Below, one piece after another: positions 1 to 9,877 of a stretch of DNA of 64,000 bases. Position 1 is the stretch's first letter. Every line of letters begins with the position of its first letter. The DNA lies in NCBI GenBank assembly GCA_963662545.2, contig CAXXLL010000002.1, positions 1,472,001 through 1,536,000 on the forward strand, given 5' to 3'. Under the pieces are notes generated by a model. That model had not been told where the DNA came from, searched no databases, and worked only from the letters and a program-made list of their open reading frames with translations. The stretch comes from Gammaproteobacteria bacterium (lineage in GTDB: Bacteria > Pseudomonadota > Gammaproteobacteria > Ga0077536). Made by a program: the position numbers and the translations under genes.

Positions 1-1
1 G

Positions 2-196
2 CTGTCGCAGTTTCCGGTCAAGTTCCAAGGCGATTTCGGCTCCTTCGAAGTACCGGGCGAGACCGACTGCTGTACCCGGGTGCCGGAGCCAGACGCGGTG
101 TTCCTAGCCCTGATAGGCATCGCGGCAGTGCGGGCCTTTAGACCCGGCGCGCGGAATACCGGGAAGCCGTCAGGCGCACCTTTTCTCGTCCTTTAG
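2..196 (+). CDS. PEP-CTERM sorting-domain protein, 3' end only (runs in from the left edge)
   Basis: Frame +2 is open from the edge: ...TDCCTRVPEPDAVFLALIGIAAVRAFRPGAR...L* = VPEP, hydrophobic helix, basic residues. Not in the ORF track. Confidence 0.8.
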   Translation: MSQFPVKFQGDFGSFEVPGETDCCTRVPEPDAVFLALIGIAAVRAFRPGARNTGKPSGAPFLVL

Positions 197-289
197 TCAA
201 AACGAATTCAACAGCCGCTCTTTTGACCTGATGGCCGCCCAGGTCGCCGCGCTTGCGCATCCCTGCGCCCGCGGCATTAATGCATCCAT

Positions 290-421
290 GTCACCATCGC
301 CGCCGATGTGCCGGGCGTTGATCCGCACGCCATCGAAGTCATCATGAACAATGCCATGCTCAAGGTTACCATTCCGAAACAGGCACGGGTGCAGCCGAAG
401 AAGATTAAGGTCAAGGGCTGA
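290..421 (+). pseudogene. Hsp20 (alpha-crystallin) remnant with internal deletion
   Basis: Translates VTIAADVPGVDPHAIEVIMNNAMLKVTIPKQARVQPKKIKVKG*. The N-terminal ADVPGVD motif is joined directly to the C-terminal L-x-V-x-I-PK...I-x-V motif. In-frame stop at 278 and no start codon. Confidence 0.7.
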
Positions 422-569
422 TCCGGTATGCAGGAACGGGTGAGCAACCGTTCTCCAGCGACTTTCGTCTGACATGCTTACAACTGAGCGGGGCTTTGGC
501 CCCGCTCTTATTTCAGTGAACCAAAACGCGCCGGGCGGCGACCTACCAGACGACAAAAGGAAGCCAGCA

Positions 570-1471
570 ATGAAATGGATCGTAGTGTCGATACTCTTTT
601 TCGTTCTCGCAGCAGATGCGCTAGCGGCGCCAGCCACGGTCCGTCTTCTGCAGGCGCCCGCCTGGCGCGAAAGAAACGCGACGCGGGAAGCGCTCATGGT
701 CGGAATGGAACTTGAATCGGGCGATATAGTGCACACGGGTCCGCGCGCGCGGGCACTCTTGGTGCTCGAAGAAGGCAGTATCGTCAAGCTCGGTGAAAAC
801 GCCGACCTTGATTTGCGGGAACTTCTGCCGCCGCCCGAGGAATCGGGTGTTTTCAAAGGGTTCCTCGATGTGGTCCGGGGCGCTTTTCGATTCACGACGA
901 CACTTGCCTCGCGCAGACGCGATATTCGCGCCCGCGTCCGATCGGCCACGATTGGTATTCGGGGTACGGACGTGTGGGGTAAGACCGAAGAAGATCGAGA
1001 TTTCGTGGTACTGCTAGAGGGCGTCATCTCAATCGAGATTTCGTGGTACTGCTAGAGGGCGTCATCTCAATCGAGCGTGAAGGAGAGACTTATGAACTCG
1101 ATACACCGCTCAGCCTGTTCATGGCGCCGCGCGGCCAACCGGTCGAAGCCATTGGACCCGTCGATGGCGACTATCTTGCCGTGTGGGCACAGGAAACCGA
1201 GCCGCAGGCCGGGCAGGGCGTCAATTCCATGGACGGGCAGCACCAACTTAACCTCGCCTCGTTCGCGGGCGACGCGCTTGCCCGGGATTTCGTTCGGCGC
1301 CTGGCGGCAGCGGGTTATGGCGCAGTGGTCGAACGGGTTAGCGTCGACGACCGTGATTGGTGGCGCGTCGGCATCTCTGGATTCGACAGTGTTGATGATG
1401 CCGCCTATGCGGCCGACGCGTTGCGCGAAGCTTTCAGCATGGTGAGCCCGTGGATTTCAAAGTCGAATTGA
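570..1471 (+). pseudogene. Secreted FecR-domain + SPOR-domain protein, frameshifted by a 38-bp tandem duplication
   Basis: Signal peptide MKWIVVSILFF; FecR motifs GDIVHTG and ATIGIRGT; C-terminal SPOR-like LASF...WWRVGISGFDS in the 1043..1471 frame. Removing one 38-bp copy restores a 287-aa ORF. Confidence 0.8.
994..1075. repeat. Perfect 38-bp tandem duplication bounded by ATCGAG microhomology
   Basis: ATCGAGATTTCGTGGTACTGCTAGAGGGCGTCATCTCA at 994 and 1032; third ATCGAG at 1070. Confidence 0.97.
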
Positions 1472-1516
1472 ACAAAACCGCGTCGAACGAAACCAGAGTC
1501 TCTGGCTACCAGGATG

Positions 1517-2341
1517 CTAGTTCAATGACTTGACTTCGACGGCGTGTCGCTGAACCGCGAGGCGAATCCCGGCCGCCGTCATTTCCCTGTGTATGCCGTT
1601 ATTCACCGCGAACATCAGTTCGAAGTAGCGCGGCGTGGGCACCCAGAATCGGTAGCCCAGCACGATTGCCGCACCTTCGAACGCCTCGATGCCGATAACG
1701 GGCACCGGGCTCTTCGGTAAGTCATTGGTCGATGCGATCACTTTTTCGATGATTGCCGAGGCTTTGTCCGGATCGGCTGTGCCATCGATACCCACCCGAC
1801 CTTCAACGAGCCGGTTGGCGTAGGAATTACGGTGAATCTCGCCGACGATGTGCTTGTTTGGAATGATGATGTCTTCGCCATCTTCCGCGACGAGATGAGT
1901 CGTCGCGAGATCGATATTCGTGACGAGGCCGGAATAATTCTGCACATTGATAGTATCGCCCACCTTATACATGCGCGTCAGGATGATGATGAGCCCCGCT
2001 CCGTAATTGGATACCGGTCCCTGGAGAGCAAAACTCGCGCCGACCGCGAGGCCTCCGATCGCGGCGATCAAGGGCGTAATGCTAAGGCCGAGTTTGCTAA
2101 CCGCGATGATCAGAAACAGTCCAATTACAGCAAGCCTCGCCGTGCTGGCAATGAACTGCCGCAGGGTGACGTCGACATTTCGTCTTTCCTGCATTCGCAG
2201 CACAATGCGCGACACCCACCCACCGACGACGAATCCCGCAATCAGGATCACGATCGCGCCGGCGATCTGGAACGAGTAGGTAACGAGAAAATTGATAATG
2301 AGCTCGTATATTTGTTGAGCGACTTCGATTTCCTGTTTCAT
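1517..2341 (-). CDS. mscS: Small-conductance mechanosensitive channel
   Basis: Three TM helices, GLAVGASFALQGPVSNYGAG, YKVGDTI, IIIPNK. Confidence 0.9.
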   Translation of the reverse strand: MKQEIEVAQQIYELIINFLVTYSFQIAGAIVILIAGFVVGGWVSRIVLRMQERRNVDVTLRQFIASTARLAVIGLFLIIAVSKLGLSITPLIAAIGGLAVGASFALQGPVSNYGAGLIIILTRMYKVGDTINVQNYSGLVTNIDLATTHLVAEDGEDIIIPNKHIVGEIHRNSYANRLVEGRVGIDGTADPDKASAIIEKVIASTNDLPKSPVPVIGIEAFEGAAIVLGYRFWVPTPRYFELMFAVNNGIHREMTAAGIRLAVQRHAVEVKSLN

Positions 2342-2416
2342 CGACTAAGTTCCACTTGTGTTATCAATCTGTCCGCGAGCATAGGCGAAACGCCTAAATA
2401 CATAAAACGGCCGAAG

Positions 2417-2950
2417 TCATATCGCGAGGCCTTTTTCCACCAGTTCGTCGAGCAATTCCTTTTCCCTGATTCCGCGGCTGTCGCCGCCGCCAAAAATCAG
2501 TAATCCGGAGGCATAATTTTTCCCGAAAGTATTCGCGAGATTGACGGCCTGGCCCAGTCCGAGCAGGAACTCTTCGTCGTCGAGGATCCGCAGCGGGTGG
2601 ATGTAGGCGCTCCAAAGCGTGTCCTTTGCAATCGCATAGCGAGCGTCGAGCGCGGAGTCGAAATTGGCCTGCATCACCCGCACCAGAAGATCCTCGCTCA
2701 AAGCTTCGGCGGCGGTAACGGGCACGATGATGCGCATGCGATCAGCGTTTTCGTCGGTGATGATCATCACGGTGCGGCCGTCGATTACCAGGCGCCAGAA
2801 GCCGTCGCCACCGCTCAGGTCAAGATCGAGATTGGCGAGGAGTTCGCCGCTCCGTTGATTGTTCATGCCGTCCGGCATATTGCGGTCGGCTGAGGCTATT
2901 AACGGCAGCACGCACAAAAGAATCGAACACAAAGAACGGGAGAGCGTCAT
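2417..2950 (-). CDS. Secreted YbjN / T3SS-chaperone-fold hypothetical protein
   Basis: Start MTLSRS with GGAG RBS; signal peptide; DRMRIIVP, QANFDSALDARYAI, SAYIHPL. Confidence 0.7.
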   Translation of the reverse strand: MTLSRSLCSILLCVLPLIASADRNMPDGMNNQRSGELLANLDLDLSGGDGFWRLVIDGRTVMIITDENADRMRIIVPVTAAEALSEDLLVRVMQANFDSALDARYAIAKDTLWSAYIHPLRILDDEEFLLGLGQAVNLANTFGKNYASGLLIFGGGDSRGIREKELLDELVEKGLAI

Positions 2951-3098
2951 TGCTTGCTCCAGGTCGGGAGGGATCGCGCAATTATGCTGGAAACATCGCG
3001 CACGTACCCGCTTTACCCGGTTAGCTTGCGACGAACACGGGCGAGATTTCCGGGTTAAACTCCAGGGCCTTTGTACAACACCCGATCCGGGGACGACC

Positions 3099-3932
3099 AT
3101 GGCAAAGCAAACTACCGTCGCCGGCGGCGGCGATCTGAAACTCAATGTGCTCGAATGGGGTAACCCCAAAGGGTTCCCAATCCTCTTCATTCACGGTTGG
3201 TCGCAGAGTTATCTCTGCTGGATGAAACAGATCGAAAGCAGCCTGATCCGCGATTTTCGCCTGGTAGCCTTCGACAATCGCGGCCACGGCATGTCGGAAG
3301 CGCCAGCGGCCGAAGCGGCGTACACCGACAGCCAACTGTGGGCCGACGACATCAATGCGATCATAAGGACGCTCGATCTCGAGCGCCCGGTGCTCGTCGG
3401 CTGGTCATACGGGGGCCTGATCATGACCGACTACCTGCGCGCCTACGGCGATCAAAAAATCGCCGGCCTTAACTTCGTAGGCGCAACAGTTCGGCTCAAC
3501 GAGGAAGCGTTGGGTCCGCTCATCGGACCCGGATTTTTTGAACCCTTTCCCAGAGCGACTTCGAGCGATCTCGCCGAGAGCATCGACGGGATACGGGATT
3601 TCATGGATCGTTGCTTTGCCGTACCGCTGTCGCGCGAGGACCATGAAAGAGCCCTATGCTGGAACATGGCGGTGCGGCCCGACGTGCGTGCAAGCCTCGC
3701 GGCCCGCGACATCGTCGGTGACGATGCGTTGCGGTCACTGTCCGTACCGATCCTGGTGACTCAGGGGCGCAAGGACACCATGGTGTTGCCGTCGATGGCC
3801 GAACATATCCTCAAACTCTGCCCCACGGCCAAAGCTTCGTGGTATGAGGGCGTTGCGCACGGCCCCTTCATCGAAGCCCACGAACGATTCAACGAAGAAC
3901 TCGCCGCGTTCGTTCGCTCGGCGAACGCATGA
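3099..3932 (+). CDS. Alpha/beta hydrolase
   Basis: HGWSQS, FDNRGHG, nucleophile GWSYGG, HGPF. Confidence 0.92.
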   Translation: MAKQTTVAGGGDLKLNVLEWGNPKGFPILFIHGWSQSYLCWMKQIESSLIRDFRLVAFDNRGHGMSEAPAAEAAYTDSQLWADDINAIIRTLDLERPVLVGWSYGGLIMTDYLRAYGDQKIAGLNFVGATVRLNEEALGPLIGPGFFEPFPRATSSDLAESIDGIRDFMDRCFAVPLSREDHERALCWNMAVRPDVRASLAARDIVGDDALRSLSVPILVTQGRKDTMVLPSMAEHILKLCPTAKASWYEGVAHGPFIEAHERFNEELAAFVRSANA

Positions 3933-3953
3933 CAGGCCGCTTCGATCAGGCCT

Positions 3954-4358
3954 TCATTTGGGCGCGTCATCGTATGGATGGTTCATGTCCGGATCAAAAA
4001 TCAGGTTCTCCTTCGTCATGAACACGCGTGAGTTCGCAAAATCGATGAATGTGCTCTCGTCATCGAGCAGGGCCTGGTAAGCGGTCTTGCCTTCTTCGGT
4101 GGCCATGCTGGCGCGCAGGTCTTCCTCGCTATTCCACCAGACTTCCGTGATACCGTCGTAGGGATCTGCAAGACCGCGCGACGCCTGGAACGTATCGTTC
4201 AGATCGGTCTCGATGGTGTGGCTCTGTATGTAGCGTCTCGCATTCATCGTTTTGACGAAGCTCGTGACGAGCGGCCCATGTGACTCGCGCCAGTATTTAT
4301 GGAACTTCTCGGGCGAGACGTCTGCGCGCTTACGCAGGCAGTAGACAAGTTTGATCAT
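3954..4358 (-). CDS. EthD domain protein
   Basis: MIKLVYCLRKR...FHKYWRESHGPL, YDGITEVWW, DESTFIDF. Confidence 0.9.
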   Translation of the reverse strand: MIKLVYCLRKRADVSPEKFHKYWRESHGPLVTSFVKTMNARRYIQSHTIETDLNDTFQASRGLADPYDGITEVWWNSEEDLRASMATEEGKTAYQALLDDESTFIDFANSRVFMTKENLIFDPDMNHPYDDAPK

Positions 4359-4488
4359 GGCTTGTGGCTCCTCTCATACCTTGGACAGAACTTCGATGGT
4401 GCCGCGTCGAGGGCGGTTAATCCAGCGGCGGGTGGGTTGCTCGGTGTAGGATAGGGTGACGACATCCTGATCAAATGGAGATCCGACA

Positions 4489-5361
4489 ATGAACCTAGAC
4501 GGCCCCCTGGTGACGACGCAATGGCTGGCAGACCATCTCGGGGAGGCCTCGCTGAGGATCTACGACACTACGATCTTTCTGAGCCATAAGGAGAATGGAT
4601 TCGGGTATATCCCGATCAGTGGGCGTGATGAATGGGAAGCAGAACATATCCCAGGCGCTGGGTTTCTCGACGTCATCGAGGACCTTTCGGATCACACGAC
4701 CGCGATCCCCTTCACGATGCCGCCGGCGGACCTTTTCGCGGCGGCGATGGCGTCGCACGGGGTGGGCGACGATTCCACCGTCGTGCTGTACAACAAGGGT
4801 TTTCCAATGTGGTCGACCCGGGTGTGGTGGATGCTGTACTCAGTAGGATTCGATCGCGTGGCGGTACTGGATGGCGGTTGGGAGAAGTGGCAGCGGGAAG
4901 AACGCCCGGTCAGTGACGCGCTGCCGGAACATCCGGCCGGCAGCCTGACGCCGCGGGTGCAGCCTGAGATGTGGGCCGCCAAGGACGACATGCTCGCGAT
5001 GATAGCTGGCGGCTCACCCGTGACCATCAACGCCCTGTCACCGGCGGTCTATAGTGGCGAGACGAACCAATACGGCCGGCCCGGGCACCTCCCGGGGACC
5101 CATAATGTTTTCTACGGCGACTTGCTCGATGCGGACAGTGGAGAGTTTCTGGCTCCCGATCAATTGAAAAAACTGTTCGAGGCTAGCGGAGCACTCGAGA
5201 GCGACCGCGTCATTACCTATTGCGGCGGCGGGATATCGGCAACCATGGATTCCCTTGCCCTGATGCTGTGTGGGCAGGCGAACGTTGCGGTTTACGACGG
5301 CTCGATGTCGGAATGGGTCAAGGACGAATCGCTGCCCTTGAAGCTCGGCAGCGAGCCCTAA
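4489..5361 (+). CDS. Tandem-rhodanese sulfurtransferase (SseA/3-MST family)
   Basis: HIPGA, LDGG, GHLPG, active loop YCGGGISA, YDGSMSEW. Confidence 0.93.
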   Translation: MNLDGPLVTTQWLADHLGEASLRIYDTTIFLSHKENGFGYIPISGRDEWEAEHIPGAGFLDVIEDLSDHTTAIPFTMPPADLFAAAMASHGVGDDSTVVLYNKGFPMWSTRVWWMLYSVGFDRVAVLDGGWEKWQREERPVSDALPEHPAGSLTPRVQPEMWAAKDDMLAMIAGGSPVTINALSPAVYSGETNQYGRPGHLPGTHNVFYGDLLDADSGEFLAPDQLKKLFEASGALESDRVITYCGGGISATMDSLALMLCGQANVAVYDGSMSEWVKDESLPLKLGSEP

Positions 5362-5362
5362 C

Positions 5363-6148
5363 ATGAACGATTCCGTATTGCTGGTCGAGAAAACGGACGG
5401 GCTTGCGACCGTTACGCTCAACCGTCCCGACAAGATGAACGCTCTGTCGCTGGAACTGCGCCGGGCGATCGCGGACACCTTCCAAGGGCTCGAGGAAGAC
5501 GACGGAGTTGCGGTCGTGATCGTAACGGGTGCGGGCAAGGCATTCTGCGCCGGCCTTGATTTGAAGGAGCTCGGTAGCGGCGAGGCCGAGGTCGGTCAGC
5601 CGGACCAAGCATGGGGGGATCCGGTCCGCGCGATGGCGGATTTCTCGGGCCCCATCATCGGGGCCGTCAACGGCGTGGCGGTGACGGGCGGTTTCGAGCT
5701 CGCACTCGCCTGCGACGTACTCGTCGCTTCGACCCGGGCGCGTTTCGCCGATACCCATGGCCGCATCGGGCTTGCTCCGGCCTGGGGCTTGAGTCAGAGA
5801 CTGCCGCGTTTGATTGGACTTGCGCGCGCAAAGGAAGTATCGCTGACGGGTAACTACGTCGATGCGCAAACGGCTGAACGTTGGGGGCTCGTTAATCGTG
5901 TAGTCGAGCCGGACGAACTGCTGCCGATTTGCCGGCGAATGGCCACCGATATGTTGTCGATGGTACCGTCGTTTCTGCCGTTCTACAAACGCCTCCTGGA
6001 TACCGGTTACGGCATGAATTTCGATGATGCCATGGCGTTTGAAGTTCGCGAAGCGGCGGATCACAACAGCAGCGTCAGCGCGACCGAGGTCGAAGCATTG
6101 CGCGAAAGCGTCATGCGCCGCGGCAAGCGGCAAACCCGCGGTAATTAA
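5363..6148 (+). CDS. Enoyl-CoA hydratase/isomerase
   Basis: TLNRPDKMNAL, FCAGLDLKE, GGFELALACD. Confidence 0.93.
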   Translation: MNDSVLLVEKTDGLATVTLNRPDKMNALSLELRRAIADTFQGLEEDDGVAVVIVTGAGKAFCAGLDLKELGSGEAEVGQPDQAWGDPVRAMADFSGPIIGAVNGVAVTGGFELALACDVLVASTRARFADTHGRIGLAPAWGLSQRLPRLIGLARAKEVSLTGNYVDAQTAERWGLVNRVVEPDELLPICRRMATDMLSMVPSFLPFYKRLLDTGYGMNFDDAMAFEVREAADHNSSVSATEVEALRESVMRRGKRQTRGN

Positions 6149-6154
6149 AAGAAG

Positions 6155-6796
6155 CTAGGCGGGCAGGGCGCCGGACGTTTTATTTACGCTCCTGATATAG
6201 GCGCGCACGACGACGTAAAGAACCAGCGCGTTTAACGAATGCCAGATAAAGTGTGTTCCCCACGGCCATTGGACGCATAGCAGATTGTCGACCGTGCGCG
6301 CGCCAAGCGAGCCGAGAAAAATCATGCTGGCTACGATTAATGGCCATGCGCCCGGTCCCGAGGCGAAGTGTTGATGAGCGCCAATGAGTATGAGTGCGAC
6401 CGCGGCGGGTGCATAAGCAAGCGATCCGTTCAGTGTTTGTGGATACATTGCGCAAATAACGATGGTCGCCGCGAATGAGCAGAGGAGCGACGCTGCAGTA
6501 AGCCTTTCGAGCATCACGACGCACCGTAGATGAAGCCACAAGTAAGCGAGTTGGAAGAAGAGGAGCGGGATCACGTCGAGCAGCTTCGCCCAGGGTAAGG
6601 CGAAGGTGTGAAACAGCCCGCTGCCGATACCGATCGCGAACATCGTTCCGGCAAGTACCATTACATCGCGCCGGGCTGATTTGCGCGCCGAACGCCAGCA
6701 CCACCATGCGGCGATCATGAAGAAACCATTGGTCGATGCGTTAAGCGGTTCGGCCAGGAGACTCGGACCGATGCGTTCGCAATAGAGATCGATCAT
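6155..6796 (-). CDS. Ceramidase-domain (CREST) membrane protein
   Basis: YCER...AEPLNASTN, GSGLFHT, GTHFIWHSLN; multiple TM helices. Confidence 0.85.
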   Translation of the reverse strand: MIDLYCERIGPSLLAEPLNASTNGFFMIAAWWCWRSARKSARRDVMVLAGTMFAIGIGSGLFHTFALPWAKLLDVIPLLFFQLAYLWLHLRCVVMLERLTAASLLCSFAATIVICAMYPQTLNGSLAYAPAAVALILIGAHQHFASGPGAWPLIVASMIFLGSLGARTVDNLLCVQWPWGTHFIWHSLNALVLYVVVRAYIRSVNKTSGALPA

Positions 6797-6826
6797 GGCG
6801 GCGGAGCCGGCGGCGTGGCGACCCGA

Positions 6827-6996
6827 TTAAGAAACCTCTGAATAAGTTATGGTGCGGGTGAACAGGGCATGAAATCGTGCAGATCAAGGCACGAATCGCA
6901 GGCCAAAGCGGGGACTATTGGCAAGATTCGTAACGCCAAGCTGTGCGATTTCAGGCGCACGGCAGGTGTGCCATAACTTATGCAGAGGTTCCTTAA
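6827..6996. mobile_element. MITE, 162 bp, flanked by TTAA
   Basis: TTAA-GAAACCTCTGAATAAGTTATGG ... CCATAACTTATGCAGAGGTTCC-TTAA (22-bp TIR, 2 mismatches); nested internal inverted repeats. Confidence 0.85.
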
Positions 6997-7031
6997 GCCA
7001 AGGCGAATAACGCGCCTGGTACAGCCTTCAA

Positions 7032-7391
7032 CTACGCGTCATTTTCCGGCCACACTTCATTCAGGCTGCGCAGCGCGCCGACGGCGTTTGGCCAACCGGC
7101 ATAGTGCGCGGCATGGGTGATCATATCCACTAGCTTCTCCCGCGGGATCCCCAACCGTTTCGCTCCGGCAAAATGAAAACGTTGTTCCGGTTCGCGCGCC
7201 AGCGCTGTAAGCATCGTGCAGGTGACGAGCGAGCGTTCTTCCAGGCTCAAGCTCTCACCTTGCCACACGTCTCCGAACAGGTGCTCTAAGGTGTAGTTGC
7301 GAAACCTTTCCGGAAAGGCATTGATTGCGTCGGCATCCCCGCACAGGCGCTCAAGCACCGCACGCCCTTTCGCCGCTCGTTCTTCACTCAT
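7032..7391 (-). CDS. Carboxymuconolactone decarboxylase family protein
   Basis: HLFGDVW, LSLEERSLVT, HAAHYAGWP; start MSEERA after GGGGG RBS. Confidence 0.88.
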   Translation of the reverse strand: MSEERAAKGRAVLERLCGDADAINAFPERFRNYTLEHLFGDVWQGESLSLEERSLVTCTMLTALAREPEQRFHFAGAKRLGIPREKLVDMITHAAHYAGWPNAVGALRSLNEVWPENDA

Positions 7392-7667
7392 GTTTAAAAT
7401 CCCCCCTGTGATTGAGATCCGATTTGCGATGTTCGCGCACCGCCGTCCAGAACGTCCAGTATCGGGGCGCGAGCGTCGTTCGGCAACTGCCGCAGTCGTA
7501 TTCGCTTCTTCGGTCTTCCCATACACGTACAGTCCGACAAGGACTTGAGTTTGCACCAACGCGTTGATGCCCGATGCTACTGGCACGCAAAAATCAGATT
7601 TGGTACCGGCACCCGGAGGCACGGCGCATTCGAAAACTAATCGCGCACTATTTGTACCTACGAGTCG

Positions 7668-8714
7668 TTATGCGGCCTTGGTCGACGTACCGACTTTGTT
7701 GATTTCAATGCGATTGCGTCCTGATTCCTTGGCGCGATAGAGCGCCTCGTCGGCGCGCGCAATCGTGTCCTCGATGGCTTCGCCGTGAATCAATGCAGTT
7801 ACGCCAATCGAGATGGTTACGCGGTTGATCTCTTCACCGGTTTTTGGATTATAGATGCGGCCCTTCGCGATGCTTTTCCGAATCGATTCGGCAACGCTCG
7901 CCGCACCTTCGAGAGGCGTCTCTGGCAGAAGGATGATGAATTCCTCGCCGCCGAAACGCGCGGCCAGGTCCTTGCCCTTGGTGAGATTAGCGAATGCTGT
8001 GGCGACCACCTTGATGATCTTATCGCCGAAAATATGGCCATAATTGTCATTTATCGATTTGAATTTATCGATATCGCCAATCAGAAGACAATGCGGCAGC
8101 GCGCGGAAGTTATCGGTGGCTTCGAGGGCTTTCAGCCGGTCTGCGAACCCTTTCCGATTGGCGAGCCCCGTCATTGGATCGGTCTTCGCTTCGATGCGGA
8201 CTTTATCGAGTTCCTCGCGCAATGTCTCAGCTTCTTTACGGCTTTCCTCGAGGTGCTGGTGCAAAGCCGCGCTGCCTTCGTTCATCTGATGCGTGCTTTC
8301 AATGAGGCTGCCGACGACCTCGCGCAGATCATCGGCCGCAACGTCTCCGGTCAGTTGTGAAGCGCATTGCTGCAACGATTCTTCGTAGCGTGAGACTTCC
8401 GTATCAGCGGTGCTTAGCGATGAGGCAACGGCTTCCAGTAACTTTCTAACGGTGCGCTGCGCGGAATCGACGCGCGTTTGATCGGTGGGGTCGACGAGCT
8501 GATGATAAAGTTGGCGCGTTGCCTTTTCGTTGACCGCTTCACCGGCTTCCAGCATCCGATCAATGGCCTCTTTCAAGGCCTGGTTACAACCAGAAACGTA
8601 TTCGTACCAGACTGCGTAATTCAGCGGCGCGATCGGCACCCGCTGTTTCGACATCAGTGGTAGCGCCATGCGGAGATACGCCGATGCCGCTTCGAAGGAC
8701 ACTTTTCGAGTCAT
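7668..8714 (-). CDS. Diguanylate cyclase (GGDEF domain)
   Basis: DPMTGLANR, DIDKFKSINDNYGH, ARFGGEEF, ADEALYRAK. Confidence 0.95.
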   Translation of the reverse strand: MTRKVSFEAASAYLRMALPLMSKQRVPIAPLNYAVWYEYVSGCNQALKEAIDRMLEAGEAVNEKATRQLYHQLVDPTDQTRVDSAQRTVRKLLEAVASSLSTADTEVSRYEESLQQCASQLTGDVAADDLREVVGSLIESTHQMNEGSAALHQHLEESRKEAETLREELDKVRIEAKTDPMTGLANRKGFADRLKALEATDNFRALPHCLLIGDIDKFKSINDNYGHIFGDKIIKVVATAFANLTKGKDLAARFGGEEFIILLPETPLEGAASVAESIRKSIAKGRIYNPKTGEEINRVTISIGVTALIHGEAIEDTIARADEALYRAKESGRNRIEINKVGTSTKAA

Positions 8715-9089
8715 AGCCTGTCTTTTTCTCTACCCCAAGTGGGTTATCGTCACTGAGAAGCGAACCTTGAGCGCAATTATGAAGCGCTTTAGTGCTGCAG
8801 ACGCCGACCCGTCGCGGCCGGATGTTGTCTACGGAATTGTCGGCGGCGGCCGTCTCGACAGCGACGGCCGCACCGCCTGACCGGCTGCGCCGGCGGTTTC
8901 AGATGATGACGATTCACTAATTCCGAACGCCGACGGGAAAATTACCAGGCAACCAGGATCGGCCCCGGTTTGCGACAAGCGGATAGTTTTGAGCAAGTAG
9001 CTGTCCTGTCAGCCAGGGCGCTGCATCGGCTAGAATGGAACGGCGCGTCCTGACGCGCGGGTAGCCGATCGGTTAAAGGTGGTGATGCC

Positions 9090-9716
9090 GTGTCAGACCA
9101 GCAATTCGCAGTCGTATTCAAGGGCAAGGTCGTCGAAGGCGCCGATCCGGCGCAGGTGCGGGCCAATTTGGCGAAGCTGTTCAAAGCCGACGCGAAACGG
9201 ATCGAGGCCTTGTTCTCCGGCAAAACCGTCGTCGTGAAAAAGGGCGTCGACGAGGACACCGCGCAGCATTACATAGCGCTCCTGACCAAGGCCGGCGCCG
9301 TCGCCGCAATCGTCGACACCACGGCCAAGACGCAAGCCGTTTCGAAGCCAGCGGCGGAACCCGTCAAGCCGGAACAAAGCGAGCCCGCTACGCCACAAGC
9401 AGCCGTGCCGATGCAAGCACTAGCGACCGCCGCGGGCGAGACATCCAGCACGCCGCCCCAGGCGATCGATGCGACCATGGCCGAGCCGGGCGTCCTCCTG
9501 GTTGATCCGCAACACGTGGAAGCGGCAATTATCGATACTGCGCATCTGGACATGGCGGAAGTCGGCGCCGATCTGGTCGAGTATCTGCACGTGGACGAGC
9601 CGGAGTTCGATTTGAGCGCCTTCACGCTCGACCCACCGGGCGTCATCCTGGTTGAACCGGAGAAGATCACGCCGCCGGATTTCGACACCAGCGAACTGTC
9701 GCTCGACGAAAACTGA
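9090..9716 (+). CDS. Conserved hypothetical protein with acidic ~25-aa C-terminal repeats
   Basis: N-terminal FKG...NLAKLFK...LFSG domain; repeats MAEPGVLLV / MAEVGADLV / LDPPGVILV. Confidence 0.75.
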   Translation: MSDQQFAVVFKGKVVEGADPAQVRANLAKLFKADAKRIEALFSGKTVVVKKGVDEDTAQHYIALLTKAGAVAAIVDTTAKTQAVSKPAAEPVKPEQSEPATPQAAVPMQALATAAGETSSTPPQAIDATMAEPGVLLVDPQHVEAAIIDTAHLDMAEVGADLVEYLHVDEPEFDLSAFTLDPPGVILVEPEKITPPDFDTSELSLDEN

Positions 9717-9877
9717 GGTCGCATAAGCTCGCCGGTCATCGTCCGGTTCAGCAGGCCGCCCTAATAATCGAAAGCCAGCGGCACGATTATCGCGCGCTGC
9801 TTCATGATCGGTTTCATGCCGCACTCGAAATGGACGAGTTTGAGCCGTGTGGTCTTAGAATAGAACCTATCTCAAAA

